Shown here: positions 1 through 9,546 of the stretch, piece by piece
How positions within the stretch are numbered: the stretch's first letter is position 1
Layout of the letters: each line of letters begins with the position of its first letter
Assembly: GCF_057098645.1 (NCBI RefSeq)
Contig: NZ_CM169472.1
Reading direction: 5' to 3' (one strand)
DNA: 64,000 bases
The notes under the pieces: generated by a model
Told to the model about the DNA's origin: nothing
The model's database searches: none
Seen by the model: the letters and a program-made list of their open reading frames with translations, nothing else
Position numbers and translations under genes: made by a program

Positions 1-138
1 GATGTTAGTCGCAGCGCTGTTAACCCAAAAAGATAATAACCTGATACATCAACTGTCTGCGCTTTTTGAATTTCACTATCAGCAAGCCCCACAGCAATTA
101 GGGGTAATCTATCAATATTATTTTGAACAAGCAGGAGT

Positions 139-3100
139 ATGTCATTGATGGACGTTCAGCAACTGCATTATGCGCCACTTCTAAATCAGCTTCATCAGCG
201 TGCGGTGAGGTCGGTGGTAAGTCAGTTGGCATTGCGGAGCAAGTCGTTGACTCATTATCTGGAATCACAATATTTTCAGCCTCCCGGTCAGGAGGGGTCA
301 CTGCTTGCAGACCCGGTATTCGAAAGTACATTCGGCTGGATGCCTGCGGATGAAACAATGGAGGATTTGCGGGACAAGCTGATCTCCAGCCCGCTGGTTG
401 ATGCATTGAGCAAAGCGCCAGTGCCATTTCGTCATCAACTTACTGCGTGGCGAACGATTCTGGAAGACAAAAAATCCTTGTTAGTGAGCAGCGGTACGGG
501 ATCCGGGAAAACAGAATGCTTTATGGTACCGGTTCTGGAAGATCTTATTCGTCAGCAAAAATCGACCCGCCAGTCACTAACAGGGACACAAGCTATTTTC
601 TTGTATCCGTTAAATGCATTAATTAACAGCCAACAGGAGCGGCTTCGCGAATGGACGCGCGGATTTAAGGGGAAAATACGCTTCGCGCTATATAATGGCG
701 AAACCCGGCATACCAAATACGAAATTCAGGAAGATCAGTTGAAAGTACCTGAACAAGCTTTGAGTCGGGAAGCCATTTATGAAGCACCACCTTCCATCAT
801 GGTGACGAATACCACCATGCTGGAATATATGCTGATTCGTCGTAAAGATGCCCCAATCATCGAAAAGTCTCAGGGGATGTTAAAGTATATCGTCCTGGAT
901 GAAGCCCATAGTTATATTGGTTCTCAGGCTGCTGAGTTAGCGCTGCTTTTACGTCGTGTTATGCAGGCTTTCAATGTTGGACCCGGCACAGATAAACCTG
1001 TGCAGATTATCGCGACCTCTGCCACTATTGGTGAAGACTCTCCTGAAGGTAATAAGGAGCTTGCTAAATTTGTCGCTGATCTCGCGGGCGTTACAGAACG
1101 TGATGTCAAAGTGGTTCGCGGTTATCGACAAATACCGCGGGTATCGGAGTCGCTGATTCGTCATGAATACCCCACATCTTTAACTTCTCTTAAATCCCTG
1201 AGCCCTCAGGATCTTTACCAACAGCTTTGTCATTACCGTGTGGCCCAGCAATTGCGTCAGGCGTTAACTCATCCCGGACGGCAGGCAGTACGTTTGAGTG
1301 AGTTGCTCAATGTTGCCAGAAGAACCTGGCCAGATATTAATCACCGTGAGCTACTGCAACTCCTCGATCTAATGGCAAGATCGCGAGAAGGTGAACTGGC
1401 TTTTACGCCATTACGTATGCATGGGTTTATCAGAACACTGGCGGGTCTATGGGCATGTTCAAACAAACAATGCTCACATAAAGCACATGAATTAAATCAG
1501 AGTGACTGGCCATTTGGTCAGGTATGGTTTGAGCAGCGCCAATATTGTGACTGTGGAGCGCCGGTATTTGAAGTTTTACGTTGCTCCGGGTGTGGTTCAG
1601 CTTATTTGTCTGCCAAAGAGGAGATGCGCGGTGATGGAACGAACTGGTTGGTAGCGCAACCAGCCGCTGCCGAAGTGGATGAGTTTGCTCTTGATGTAGA
1701 TGTTTATTCTGAAGATGAAGACAACGACGAATTAGACAATAACTCTCAATTTGATCGTCTGATTGCGAGCGATGGTGAAAAATATATCATTTCACTGGAA
1801 GAAACGACGGCGGGGAAAATTGATAGTGAAGCGCAAAAGCACTATGAAATAAACCTGTTAAGACCGGAATCTCGAGGTGAGGGACGCAATAACTCCTTTG
1901 CTTGTGTTTGCTGTGGTGACACTCAACGGAAAAATAATCCTTTATTCCGTCCGCTTCGGCTCGGCGCGCCCTTTTTTTTAAATGAAATTATTCCTACTCT
2001 GCTGGAGTTTTCTCCATTACCGCAAACAAGAGAAGAGCAGTTAGGACCGTTTAATGGTCGACGCTTGCTCACCTTTACGGATTCGCGTCAGGGTACCGCT
2101 CGCATTTCAGCCCGCTTACAGCAGGATGCCGATAAAGCGACGTTGCGAGCTCTTTGTTACCAGGAACTGGCAAATATTACAGAGCCTTCAGCAAAACTCA
2201 GCCCGGCACACTGTGCACTGTTAGAGAAAGTTATTAGCCAGTTTTCTGTCCTCCCTTTAAAAAATTCCATCGACGCGCTGAAAAAAGCGATGGCTGCGAA
2301 TGAGGAGCTTAGCCCGACGGACATTCAGGCACTTAAAATTATTGAGCCGATGGTGAGTTCCTTAAGCACGGAGCATGCTGAAGCGATGCAAATACTTCAG
2401 GCTAACTCTGGCAATCAGCAGAAGAAAACCATGTCATGGCAAACGCTGTCTGAACAGCTGGTTGGCAGTGTGGACCTTGCCGATAGAATGAGAGGCAGTT
2501 TTAAAGAATTGTCTGGGCTTGATCTTACTAAACAACAGTTTGCAGATTTTTGTTTATACAGCGAGTTTGGTCGCCGCCCTAAAAATGCCTGGACCCTCGA
2601 AAGTCTGGGTCTGGTAGCCATTCACTATCCATTCATTGATAAAGTTACAACCTGCCCGCAGGACTGGAAGACATTATTACCCGATCCCGATAAGCAATTA
2701 GCGGAATGGCGTAATTTATTGAAGATTACTCTTGATTTCTTTATCCGTGAAAACAGTGCCGTTTTTTACGAAAACGAGCAATACCCTCGCTGGATGGGGG
2801 CACGTTTCCCGGTAAAAATGCTCCAGGGGCCAGATAAAAAAAACAAAGGGCAGAAACGTGATCAACTTTGGCCACAAATACGCGATCGCCATTATAACCG
2901 GGTCATTAAGCTATTAATCGCAGTCTTTCCGGCAATACAACCTGAGCAGGCTCACTGGAAATCGTTAGTTAACCACTTAATGATTGAGGTCTGGGATGCA
3001 ATTCGACCCTGCTTACGTCAGTTTGAGTCGGGTTATCAGCTGGATATTAAACAACAAGCTGAATTTTACAGTCCAAAGCAAGTGTGGCGTTGCCCCTATA

Positions 3101-6100
3101 CTCGACGTGCGTTAGACGTCACGTTGCTGGGATACTCTCCGTATTTGCCGGGTAGCAAAGAAATTGCACCTGAAAAAGCAGTGTTGATTGAAATGCCTGA
3201 GCTTCCTGTACGTCACTGGCGTTTGTCTGGTGGTGGAGAAATCGCCCGAGAAGAACGTCTGGAGTGGCTGGAAAGTAATGCGCTGATTCAACATGCCCGC
3301 GAGGAAGGATTATGGTCTACTCGCAGCGACCGACTGGCCCTGAAAGATAGCTGGTATCGTCTGGAGGAACACTCTGCGCAGAGAACGCCTGAGCAGAACC
3401 AGTTTAATGAAAAACAATTTAAGTCAGGCAAAGTTAATGTGCTGAACTGTTCCACGACCATGGAGATGGGGGTGGATATTGGTGGTATGAGTTTGGTGGC
3501 AATGAACAACGTTCCTCCAGCGCCGGCAAATTATTTGCAACGTGCAGGTCGCGCGGGGCGTCGTGGAGAGAGTGCATCTGCTGCCATTACGTTATGTAAA
3601 AACACGGCGCATGGAATGGAGGTATTCAAAGACCCCCTCTGGGCGTTCAACACTACTGCCAGTGCGCCACGGGTTCGTTTTGGGAGCAGTAGCATTGTTC
3701 AACGACATGTTAATGCCCAGGTTTTAGGTCTGTTTTTACGAGCTGAAGTTCCTGATGCGACAAAACTGAGTTGCAAATGGTTCTTTGAAGGTGATGAGAG
3801 CCAGTGTCTTCGTTTTCTTCATTGGTTAAATCACCAGGCCGATGAGCTGGCGGATAAACTTAAACGCCTTACTCAGGGAACCGTCCTGATGTCATTGACG
3901 GCAACCCAGCTCTTGACCCGCACACAAGCAATGATGCAGCAGGTTGATATCCGCTGGAGAAGCCAACTTGCGATACTGTTGGAAAATATCGAAGCGTTGA
4001 AGGCGGATAACAGCGCGTGGGAAGAAACGCCAGCAGGTAAAGCCATCGCTTATCAGCTTCGTGATTATCGCGGTGCATATCTGTTTTCTAAACTCATTAG
4101 TGAAGCGTTCCTGCCGGGGCATGGTTTCCCGGTTGGCGTAGTCAATTTCAATTATCTGACGGCAGATGAGCTGGAAAAACGTCGCGCAATAAAAGCCACT
4201 CAGGCTGACCCTAATGAAGGGGGAGAAAGCTTTTCTCGTCGTATTGAAAAATTGCCCAGCCGTGATTTGCCTACAGCATTACGCGAGTATGCGCCTGGTG
4301 CAGATGTGGTATTGGGCGGAAAAGTATATCGTTCCTCGGGCATTATGCTTGGCAAGGTGCTTGCCAGCGGGCAGGAGCTGTCAGGCGATCATCATATTCC
4401 GTGGTTCTGGCATTGCCGTAAATGTGGTGCGGGGGCAACCAGTACTACCCATCCTGTCGAATGTAGTCACTGCAAAGCGGATATACAGCAACTTGATGTG
4501 AAGCGTTATTTACAGCCTGTTGGTTTTGCGACAGATATTCGTTATCAGGCACATAATGATGTATCCATGCCTGCACAACTTCCCTGGAAAGATCCACGTG
4601 TTCTTGTACCGTCTTCGGTGTGGGTTTCTTTACCCGATGCTGGGCTAGGACGTTACCGTTTTAGCCATAGTGGGGAATTGTTCCACTTCAGTGAAGGGGA
4701 ATTTGGGCACGGCTACGCAATTTGCCTCTCATGTGGTCGGGCAGAATCTCAAACTCAACCCCAGCGTACCCCTGAAAATCTAAAGAACCCAGAGCGGGAA
4801 AATACGCATTACCTGTTGCGAGGGGGCAGTAACGATCGTCAGGGGAGCAATAAATTGTGCCACGGTCATGTGCATAAAGATCTGTGGTTGGGGTATAGCA
4901 GTCGTACAGATATGGTTGAGCTGCAACTTAATGATGATAATGGCCTGTTGATCCGTGATGAGGTTGCCGCGCGTTCCCTTGCGGTCGCTTTGCGTGAAGG
5001 GTTAGCGCATAAATTGGGTATCGAAAATACTGAGCTGGGCGTGACGACGCAGCAAGCGCGCGATATCAATGGCTATACCGGATATTCCATCTTCATATAC
5101 GACAATAATGCGGGTGGTGCAGGTTATGCAGTGCAATTGATCGACCATTGGGCTGATGTCTTTAATTACGCCAGAAAATTGCTCGATTGCAGTTGCGATA
5201 AATTTTGTCACCACTGCTTGCTCAGCTACGACAGTCAGCATTATGTCAACAGATTAGATCGTCACCATGCATTAACCCTGCTTACCAATGTACGGTTGCA
5301 GCGACTTAACCTCGCGCCAGAATATCAGTACTTCGGCGATGGTAGCCGGGTTGAAACTAACCCTCTGAGTTTACGTATTGCGCAATGCCTGAACAGCGAG
5401 ATTTATGACTCCTGCTCGCTGGTTCTTGCGGGGCCGCAGGAACAGTGGGACTTTGCCCAATGGCCATTATTTAAAGAGTTGCTCCAGTTTGCCTCCTCCG
5501 GTGGGAATGTTGAGTTGCTGGTGGCCACGCCGCTGGAAAACTTAACTGATAGCTCCAGACATCAGCTTTCCGCGTTGGCGGCGATGCCGGGAGGACGCTT
5601 ACAAGTGAAATCCATTGCCACTGCGCAACTCATGCAAGGAAAGGGGCGCTGGCTTGCGCAGGTGACTCGCGAAGGGCAAAGCCAACAGTGGGCCGCAGAC
5701 GACAGCGCTACCGTTGCCCCTGGTGAATTATGGGGACAAAGTGCGTCTTCACCAGTAGTGACACTTAAAGGAACGTCCGGAAAAACCTTCTCGGGTCAGA
5801 CCTTAAGTGCAGAAGATTTACTGCCCGCCTTACCCACCGGGGCGGTGCGCATCAATCTCTGTGAACAACTGGACGGGCCGCTGGAAGGTTTTGGTTCGCG
5901 TTTCTGGTCGTTAGTCACGCAACAGCACGCTGGCTGGAAGCAGGCATTTACCCGCCACAAAGAGATAACGCATGTTGAGTACAGCGATCGTTATCTTAAT
6001 AGCCCATTCACGGCGCGTTTGTTAGGTGAAATCTTAACCGAGCTGGTTGAACAGGGAATGGCGGAACGCGCCAGCCTCACTGTTTGCGTCAAAAAATTGG

Positions 6101-6462
6101 ATTACAACTCTCGCCAACACGACGCTCTCTATAACGCGTGGCTTAATGAGGAAGATCGTCAGCAGGTTGTGACCACTTTACTTGAAGAAGGATATCTGGG
6201 GCCTGCGTGGCCGGGAGCAATTAGCTGGTTAACGGGGGATAACCAGAGTACGGAGCATGGACGAGAACTGACAGTCACCTTCAGCGATGGCAGTCAGCAT
6301 TATGTCCTGCTCGACATGGGGCTTAGCTACTGGCGCTGTATTGAAGATACCTTCTTTGATTTTGCCCTGCGAGTACCGCAGCAAGTTGAACGGCTGGCAA
6401 ACACGCGAGCGCGAGCTGTTGCCCCGGGTAATGACCTTAGGAGTTATATTATCGCTGGATAA
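139..6462 (+). CDS. Giant SF2 DEAD/DEAH-box helicase fused to a DUF1998-like Zn-binding domain (DrmA-DrmB / DruE-like), 2107 aa
   Basis: 6324-nt ORF; AGGAG RBS at 129-133 five nt before ATG 139; upstream frame closed by stops. Walker A SGTGSGKTE, motif II VLDEAHSY, SAT motif, helicase-C QRAGRAGRRG. Downstream Cys clusters CRKCG...CSHC, CLSCG, CSCDKFCHHC typical of DUF1998. Confidence 0.85.
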   Translation: MSLMDVQQLHYAPLLNQLHQRAVRSVVSQLALRSKSLTHYLESQYFQPPGQEGSLLADPVFESTFGWMPADETMEDLRDKLISSPLVDALSKAPVPFRHQLTAWRTILEDKKSLLVSSGTGSGKTECFMVPVLEDLIRQQKSTRQSLTGTQAIFLYPLNALINSQQERLREWTRGFKGKIRFALYNGETRHTKYEIQEDQLKVPEQALSREAIYEAPPSIMVTNTTMLEYMLIRRKDAPIIEKSQGMLKYIVLDEAHSYIGSQAAELALLLRRVMQAFNVGPGTDKPVQIIATSATIGEDSPEGNKELAKFVADLAGVTERDVKVVRGYRQIPRVSESLIRHEYPTSLTSLKSLSPQDLYQQLCHYRVAQQLRQALTHPGRQAVRLSELLNVARRTWPDINHRELLQLLDLMARSREGELAFTPLRMHGFIRTLAGLWACSNKQCSHKAHELNQSDWPFGQVWFEQRQYCDCGAPVFEVLRCSGCGSAYLSAKEEMRGDGTNWLVAQPAAAEVDEFALDVDVYSEDEDNDELDNNSQFDRLIASDGEKYIISLEETTAGKIDSEAQKHYEINLLRPESRGEGRNNSFACVCCGDTQRKNNPLFRPLRLGAPFFLNEIIPTLLEFSPLPQTREEQLGPFNGRRLLTFTDSRQGTARISARLQQDADKATLRALCYQELANITEPSAKLSPAHCALLEKVISQFSVLPLKNSIDALKKAMAANEELSPTDIQALKIIEPMVSSLSTEHAEAMQILQANSGNQQKKTMSWQTLSEQLVGSVDLADRMRGSFKELSGLDLTKQQFADFCLYSEFGRRPKNAWTLESLGLVAIHYPFIDKVTTCPQDWKTLLPDPDKQLAEWRNLLKITLDFFIRENSAVFYENEQYPRWMGARFPVKMLQGPDKKNKGQKRDQLWPQIRDRHYNRVIKLLIAVFPAIQPEQAHWKSLVNHLMIEVWDAIRPCLRQFESGYQLDIKQQAEFYSPKQVWRCPYTRRALDVTLLGYSPYLPGSKEIAPEKAVLIEMPELPVRHWRLSGGGEIAREERLEWLESNALIQHAREEGLWSTRSDRLALKDSWYRLEEHSAQRTPEQNQFNEKQFKSGKVNVLNCSTTMEMGVDIGGMSLVAMNNVPPAPANYLQRAGRAGRRGESASAAITLCKNTAHGMEVFKDPLWAFNTTASAPRVRFGSSSIVQRHVNAQVLGLFLRAEVPDATKLSCKWFFEGDESQCLRFLHWLNHQADELADKLKRLTQGTVLMSLTATQLLTRTQAMMQQVDIRWRSQLAILLENIEALKADNSAWEETPAGKAIAYQLRDYRGAYLFSKLISEAFLPGHGFPVGVVNFNYLTADELEKRRAIKATQADPNEGGESFSRRIEKLPSRDLPTALREYAPGADVVLGGKVYRSSGIMLGKVLASGQELSGDHHIPWFWHCRKCGAGATSTTHPVECSHCKADIQQLDVKRYLQPVGFATDIRYQAHNDVSMPAQLPWKDPRVLVPSSVWVSLPDAGLGRYRFSHSGELFHFSEGEFGHGYAICLSCGRAESQTQPQRTPENLKNPERENTHYLLRGGSNDRQGSNKLCHGHVHKDLWLGYSSRTDMVELQLNDDNGLLIRDEVAARSLAVALREGLAHKLGIENTELGVTTQQARDINGYTGYSIFIYDNNAGGAGYAVQLIDHWADVFNYARKLLDCSCDKFCHHCLLSYDSQHYVNRLDRHHALTLLTNVRLQRLNLAPEYQYFGDGSRVETNPLSLRIAQCLNSEIYDSCSLVLAGPQEQWDFAQWPLFKELLQFASSGGNVELLVATPLENLTDSSRHQLSALAAMPGGRLQVKSIATAQLMQGKGRWLAQVTREGQSQQWAADDSATVAPGELWGQSASSPVVTLKGTSGKTFSGQTLSAEDLLPALPTGAVRINLCEQLDGPLEGFGSRFWSLVTQQHAGWKQAFTRHKEITHVEYSDRYLNSPFTARLLGEILTELVEQGMAERASLTVCVKKLDYNSRQHDALYNAWLNEEDRQQVVTTLLEEGYLGPAWPGAISWLTGDNQSTEHGRELTVTFSDGSQHYVLLDMGLSYWRCIEDTFFDFALRVPQQVERLANTRARAVAPGNDLRSYIIAG

Positions 6463-6469
6463 ATAATTG

Positions 6470-6496
6470 CTCCCCTGGGGATATCTTCCAGGGGAG
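6470..6496 (+). terminator. Stem-loop immediately after gene 1 stop (stem ctcccctgg / ccaggggag); possible terminator or RNA-stabilising hairpin
   Basis: 9-bp perfect inverted repeat with 9-nt loop starting 8 nt after the TAA at 6460-6462; no immediate U-tract. Confidence 0.3.
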
Positions 6497-6581
6497 TTGA
6501 CCCAGCTCACTTTTTAATAATTTTTGTTTGAAAATCATGCGCAATTTATGCGCATTCCCTCCCATTTTGTCACTTTGCCGG

Positions 6582-6617
6582 GGGCCTTCATGATATCTTT
6601 AAGGCCCTCTTTTTTAT
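6582..6617 (+). terminator. Candidate intrinsic terminator between gene 1 and gene 2
   Basis: gggcc...ggccc 5-bp stem with 16-nt loop followed by tcttttttat; weak stem and long loop. Confidence 0.3.
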
Positions 6618-6685
6618 CGCAGTGTGCCGCGCCACATTTTTCAGGATGACGTTACCGCCACTGCCCCAAATAGACAGAAAAACCG

Positions 6686-9544
6686 ATGAATAAGCAAAAT
6701 TATGCACCTGGTATGCGGGTGGTTATTCGTGATGCCGAATGGCGTATTCGCCGGGCGGATGACAGTGGTGATGGTGGGTATTTGCTGACCTGCGATGGTA
6801 TTTCAGAGCTTGTGCGCGGTAAAGAAGGGTTATTTCTGACCAAACTGGAACAAAAAGTAGAGATCCTGGATCCCGCAAAAACGCATTTGGTGGAAGATGA
6901 ATCCGCCAATTATCAAGCGGCGCAGTTGTATATCGAAAGTCAGTTACGCCAACGCGTACCGACAGACAGTAAAGTCCATTTTGGTCATCTGGCGGCGATG
7001 GATTCCATGCCGTTTCAGCTCGATCCTACGCGGATGGCGCTGGCACAACCGCGTCAGCGGATACTCATTGCCGACGCTGTCGGTCTGGGTAAAACGCTGG
7101 AAGCGGGTATTCTGGTTTCGGAGCTGATCCGTCGTGGGCGCGGAAAACGTATTCTGGTTCTGGCGGTCAAATCGATGCTGACACAATTCCAGAAGGAGTT
7201 CTGGAGCCGTTTTGCGATCCCATTGACCCGCCTGGATTCTGCTGGTTTACAAAAGGTGCGTAACCGCATCCCAACCAACCACAACCCGTTCCACTATTTT
7301 GACAAGACCATTATCTCCATCGATACGCTGAAACAAGACATTGAATATCGTCACCATCTGGAAAATGCCTGGTGGGATATTATTGTCATTGATGAGGCCC
7401 ATAACGTCGCAGAACGTGGAACCAGTTCGTTACGCAGTAAACTGGCAAAACTGCTCGCCGGGCGTAGCGATACGCTGATTATGCTTTCAGCAACGCCGCA
7501 TGATGGTAAGGCTGAAAGTTTTGCCAGCCTGATGAACATGCTTGACCCGACGGCGATCGCCAACCCGAAAGAGTATGAATACGCCGACTTTGCCGATAAA
7601 AATCTGGTTGTCCGTCGCTTCAAAAAAGACGTGAAAGATCAGATGTCCGGCGAGTTCCCCGAGCGCAATATTGTCAAATTGACTCGCCTGGCATCCGGTG
7701 CCGAAGAAGAAGCATACCGTCGTCTGGTTGAGAGCCAGTTCCGTGATGATGACGATGAACAGGCCCAGTCTAACAAAGGTCGTCTGTTCAAGATAACCCT
7801 CGAAAAAGCGCTATTTTCCAGCCCGATGGCGTGTGCCAGCGTCGTGGCGAATCGTCTGAAGCGTCTTGAGAGCCGTAAAGATCATAATAGCCAGAGCCAG
7901 ATCAACGAACTGGAGTCATTGCTGTTGGCGCTGAATAACATTGATGCCAGCCAGTTTAGCAAATACCAGTTGCTGCTCGACACCATCCGAAAAGACCTCG
8001 CCTGGAAAGCCAATAACACGGAAGATCGCCTGGTGATCTTCACCGAAAGTATTAAAACGCTGGAGTTCCTCGAACAGCAACTGCGAGCGGATCTGAAATT
8101 GAAAGATGACCAGATCGCCACGCTGCGCGGCGATCAGGGCGATACGGTATTGATGGAAACCGTAGAAGCCTTTGGTAAAACGCAGTCGCCGTTGCGTCTT
8201 CTGGTTTGTTCGGATGTGGCATCTGAAGGGATCAACTTGCATCACCTTAGCCACAAAATGATTCACTTTGATATTCCGTGGTCGTTGATGGTATTCCAGC
8301 AACGTAACGGGCGTATTGACCGCTATGGGCAAAAACATCAGCCCCAAATCCGCTATCTGCTTACTGAGGCCAGCGAACCACAGATCAATGGCGATATGCG
8401 CGTACTGGAAGTGTTGATCAACAAAGACGAACAGGCGCAGAAGAACATTGGGGACAGTTCGGAGTTTACCGGCAAATTTACCCAGGAAGAGGAAGAAGAG
8501 CAGGTTGCAGAGTTCATGATGCAGGATGATGGTGCCAGCCTGTTTGATCAACTGCTGAACAGCAACGTCTCGGAAAGCGCCGAACACGATCTGTTTGGCG
8601 AAATATGCAGTGCGGTTTCCAGCGATGCCTCAATGGTCACCGAAGCAGACACCAGCTTGTTTGCCAGCGAACAGGCGTACTGCGAAAGAGCATTGGGTTA
8701 CCTGAAAGCCAGTGGTCAAACTATCCAGTATGAAACCTTGCCTGATAATACCTTGTCGCTGGTGGCACCGGAGGAGTTACGCCGCCGCTTCAACCAGCTA
8801 CCGCCTGAAATCGCCCCGGAGAACTGGCAGCTCTATTTAAGTCAGGATAAAACCGTCATCACCGACGCGATTGCACGCGCTCGCGGTGAGCAACATGCCT
8901 GGCCCGATGTGCAGTATCTCTGGCAAATCAACCCGGTAGTGCAGTGGCTGGACGATAAAATCTCTTCGGCTTTTGGTCGTCATCAGGCACCAGTTATCCG
9001 TCTGCCATACCTGCTTGAACCCGATGAAGATCACTTCATTCTTTCCGGGTTATTCCCGAACCGTAAATCACATCCGATGGTGAACCCGTGGATAGTGGTG
9101 AGCTTTAACCGTGAATCGCTAATCGGCAGTCAGCCATTCGCTGAGTTTTTACAACGTCATCCGCAGTTGAGTAACAAGCTGACTAACAGCGGCGGTAAAG
9201 ATCGTAATCACCAACGCCAGCAGGATTTACTTGAAGCGGCTATTGCTCATGCCCGGGAGGTATTCATCCATGATCGGAATGCGTTTGAAACGCACATTAA
9301 CCAGCAACTGAATGAGCATCTGCAAAAGCTGGACGTTTTGCGTGGGCGGCAGTTGAGCCAACTTGAGCTGGATTTTGCCGATAATAAACAGCAATTGTCA
9401 GTCAAGCAGAGCCGTAAAGAGCAGAGACAACGCGAAATCGAACACAATTTTGACAGCTATATCGAATGGATTGAGGACACCATGACGACTGAAAAAGAAC
9501 CCTACATTCAGGTAATTGCTGTTATCACCGGAGCGGAGGGTTAA
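6686..9544 (+). CDS. SNF2-family (SF2) helicase/ATPase, DISARM DrmD-like, 952 aa
   Basis: 2859-nt ORF. Motif I DAVGLGKTLEAG, motif II IVIDEAHNV, LSATP, C-terminal FQQRNGRIDRYGQK characteristic of SNF2/RAD54-type ATPases. Confidence 0.85.
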   Translation: MNKQNYAPGMRVVIRDAEWRIRRADDSGDGGYLLTCDGISELVRGKEGLFLTKLEQKVEILDPAKTHLVEDESANYQAAQLYIESQLRQRVPTDSKVHFGHLAAMDSMPFQLDPTRMALAQPRQRILIADAVGLGKTLEAGILVSELIRRGRGKRILVLAVKSMLTQFQKEFWSRFAIPLTRLDSAGLQKVRNRIPTNHNPFHYFDKTIISIDTLKQDIEYRHHLENAWWDIIVIDEAHNVAERGTSSLRSKLAKLLAGRSDTLIMLSATPHDGKAESFASLMNMLDPTAIANPKEYEYADFADKNLVVRRFKKDVKDQMSGEFPERNIVKLTRLASGAEEEAYRRLVESQFRDDDDEQAQSNKGRLFKITLEKALFSSPMACASVVANRLKRLESRKDHNSQSQINELESLLLALNNIDASQFSKYQLLLDTIRKDLAWKANNTEDRLVIFTESIKTLEFLEQQLRADLKLKDDQIATLRGDQGDTVLMETVEAFGKTQSPLRLLVCSDVASEGINLHHLSHKMIHFDIPWSLMVFQQRNGRIDRYGQKHQPQIRYLLTEASEPQINGDMRVLEVLINKDEQAQKNIGDSSEFTGKFTQEEEEEQVAEFMMQDDGASLFDQLLNSNVSESAEHDLFGEICSAVSSDASMVTEADTSLFASEQAYCERALGYLKASGQTIQYETLPDNTLSLVAPEELRRRFNQLPPEIAPENWQLYLSQDKTVITDAIARARGEQHAWPDVQYLWQINPVVQWLDDKISSAFGRHQAPVIRLPYLLEPDEDHFILSGLFPNRKSHPMVNPWIVVSFNRESLIGSQPFAEFLQRHPQLSNKLTNSGGKDRNHQRQQDLLEAAIAHAREVFIHDRNAFETHINQQLNEHLQKLDVLRGRQLSQLELDFADNKQQLSVKQSRKEQRQREIEHNFDSYIEWIEDTMTTEKEPYIQVIAVITGAEG

Positions 9545-9546
9545 TC

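Noticed and set aside
1-138. Promoter for the first island gene
   Set aside because: Several weak -35/-10-like hexamers (TTGAAT, TATCAA) are present but none with convincing spacing; the window starts too close to the gene for a confident call.
7916-8587. 223-aa minus-strand ORF inside the SNF2 helicase gene
   Set aside because: Antisense to a gene with strong helicase motifs; no RBS, and a low-complexity translation.
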